Part shown: piece after piece, positions 63,910-64,000 of the stretch
Layout: every line of letters begins with the position of its first letter
Numbering within the stretch: the first letter of the stretch is position 1
From: an uncultured Rhodospirillales bacterium
GTDB lineage: Bacteria; Pseudomonadota; Alphaproteobacteria; RF32; CAG-239
Direction: 5' to 3'
DNA: 64,000 nt
Assembly: GCA_902761715.1 (NCBI GenBank)
Contig: CACWLK010000008.1
Location: 8,307-72,306 of the forward strand
The notes under the pieces: model-generated
What the model was told of the DNA's origin: nothing
The model's input: the letters and a program-made list of their open reading frames with translations, nothing else
Databases searched by the model: none
Program-made: the position numbers and the translations under genes

Positions 63910-63950
63910 TATAACAAAAAACCGCTCTTTTTACAGAGCGGTTTTTGTTG
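63910..63950. repeat. terminator hairpin, copy B
   Basis: Perfect copy, 658 bp from copy A. Confidence 0.9.
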
Positions 63951-64000
63951 TTTTAAGATAGGAGTTGTATCTTATTTTAAAATCTTAGATACAACGCCGG

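Overview
This is a 64-kb chromosomal window from a Gram-negative, moderately AT-rich bacterium. Synteny looks alphaproteobacterium-like (ruvA-ruvB-ybgC-tolQRA, DUF374-waaA-lpxK, rpmI-rplT-pheST, lolC-lolD). The hydE/hydF pair suggests an anaerobe. Core genes include the Tol system, aspS, rnd, yebC, prmA, pepP, a MATE pump, gyrA, pheST, L20/L35, the Lol transporter and three tRNAs (Lys-CUU, Gln-CUG, Thr-UGU). There are two accessory themes. (1) A compact ~15.3-kb prophage-like cluster lies at 4885-20105. It carries TerS/TerL, a GroES-like gene, portal, scaffold, capsid, short-tail and fibre genes, a lysis cassette and a cI/LexA-type repressor with three TACA-N5-TGTA operators. It has no integrase, no replication genes and no att repeats, and it is wedged tightly between host operons. 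(2) The pattern I consider most worth follow-up is a recurring insertion architecture. Three 0.63-0.69-kb cassettes (at 39.6, 49.2 and 63.3 kb) are each bracketed by a direct repeat of a terminator hairpin, demonstrably local sequence at 49 kb. A fourth ~1.0-1.1-kb insert is bracketed by a ~270-bp duplication of the gyrA 5' end plus promoter, which creates a gyrA'-porin' chimeric ORF. A related triple-hairpin scar lies next to tRNA-Gln. Cassette cargo is small membrane proteins, a lipoprotein, and a possible toxin-fragment/immunity pair next to a five-fold zinc-ribbon, nuclease-like selfish gene. No rRNA, CRISPR array, IS transposase or integrase was seen. All calls come from reading the sequence and ORF translations by eye. 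No database searches were run.
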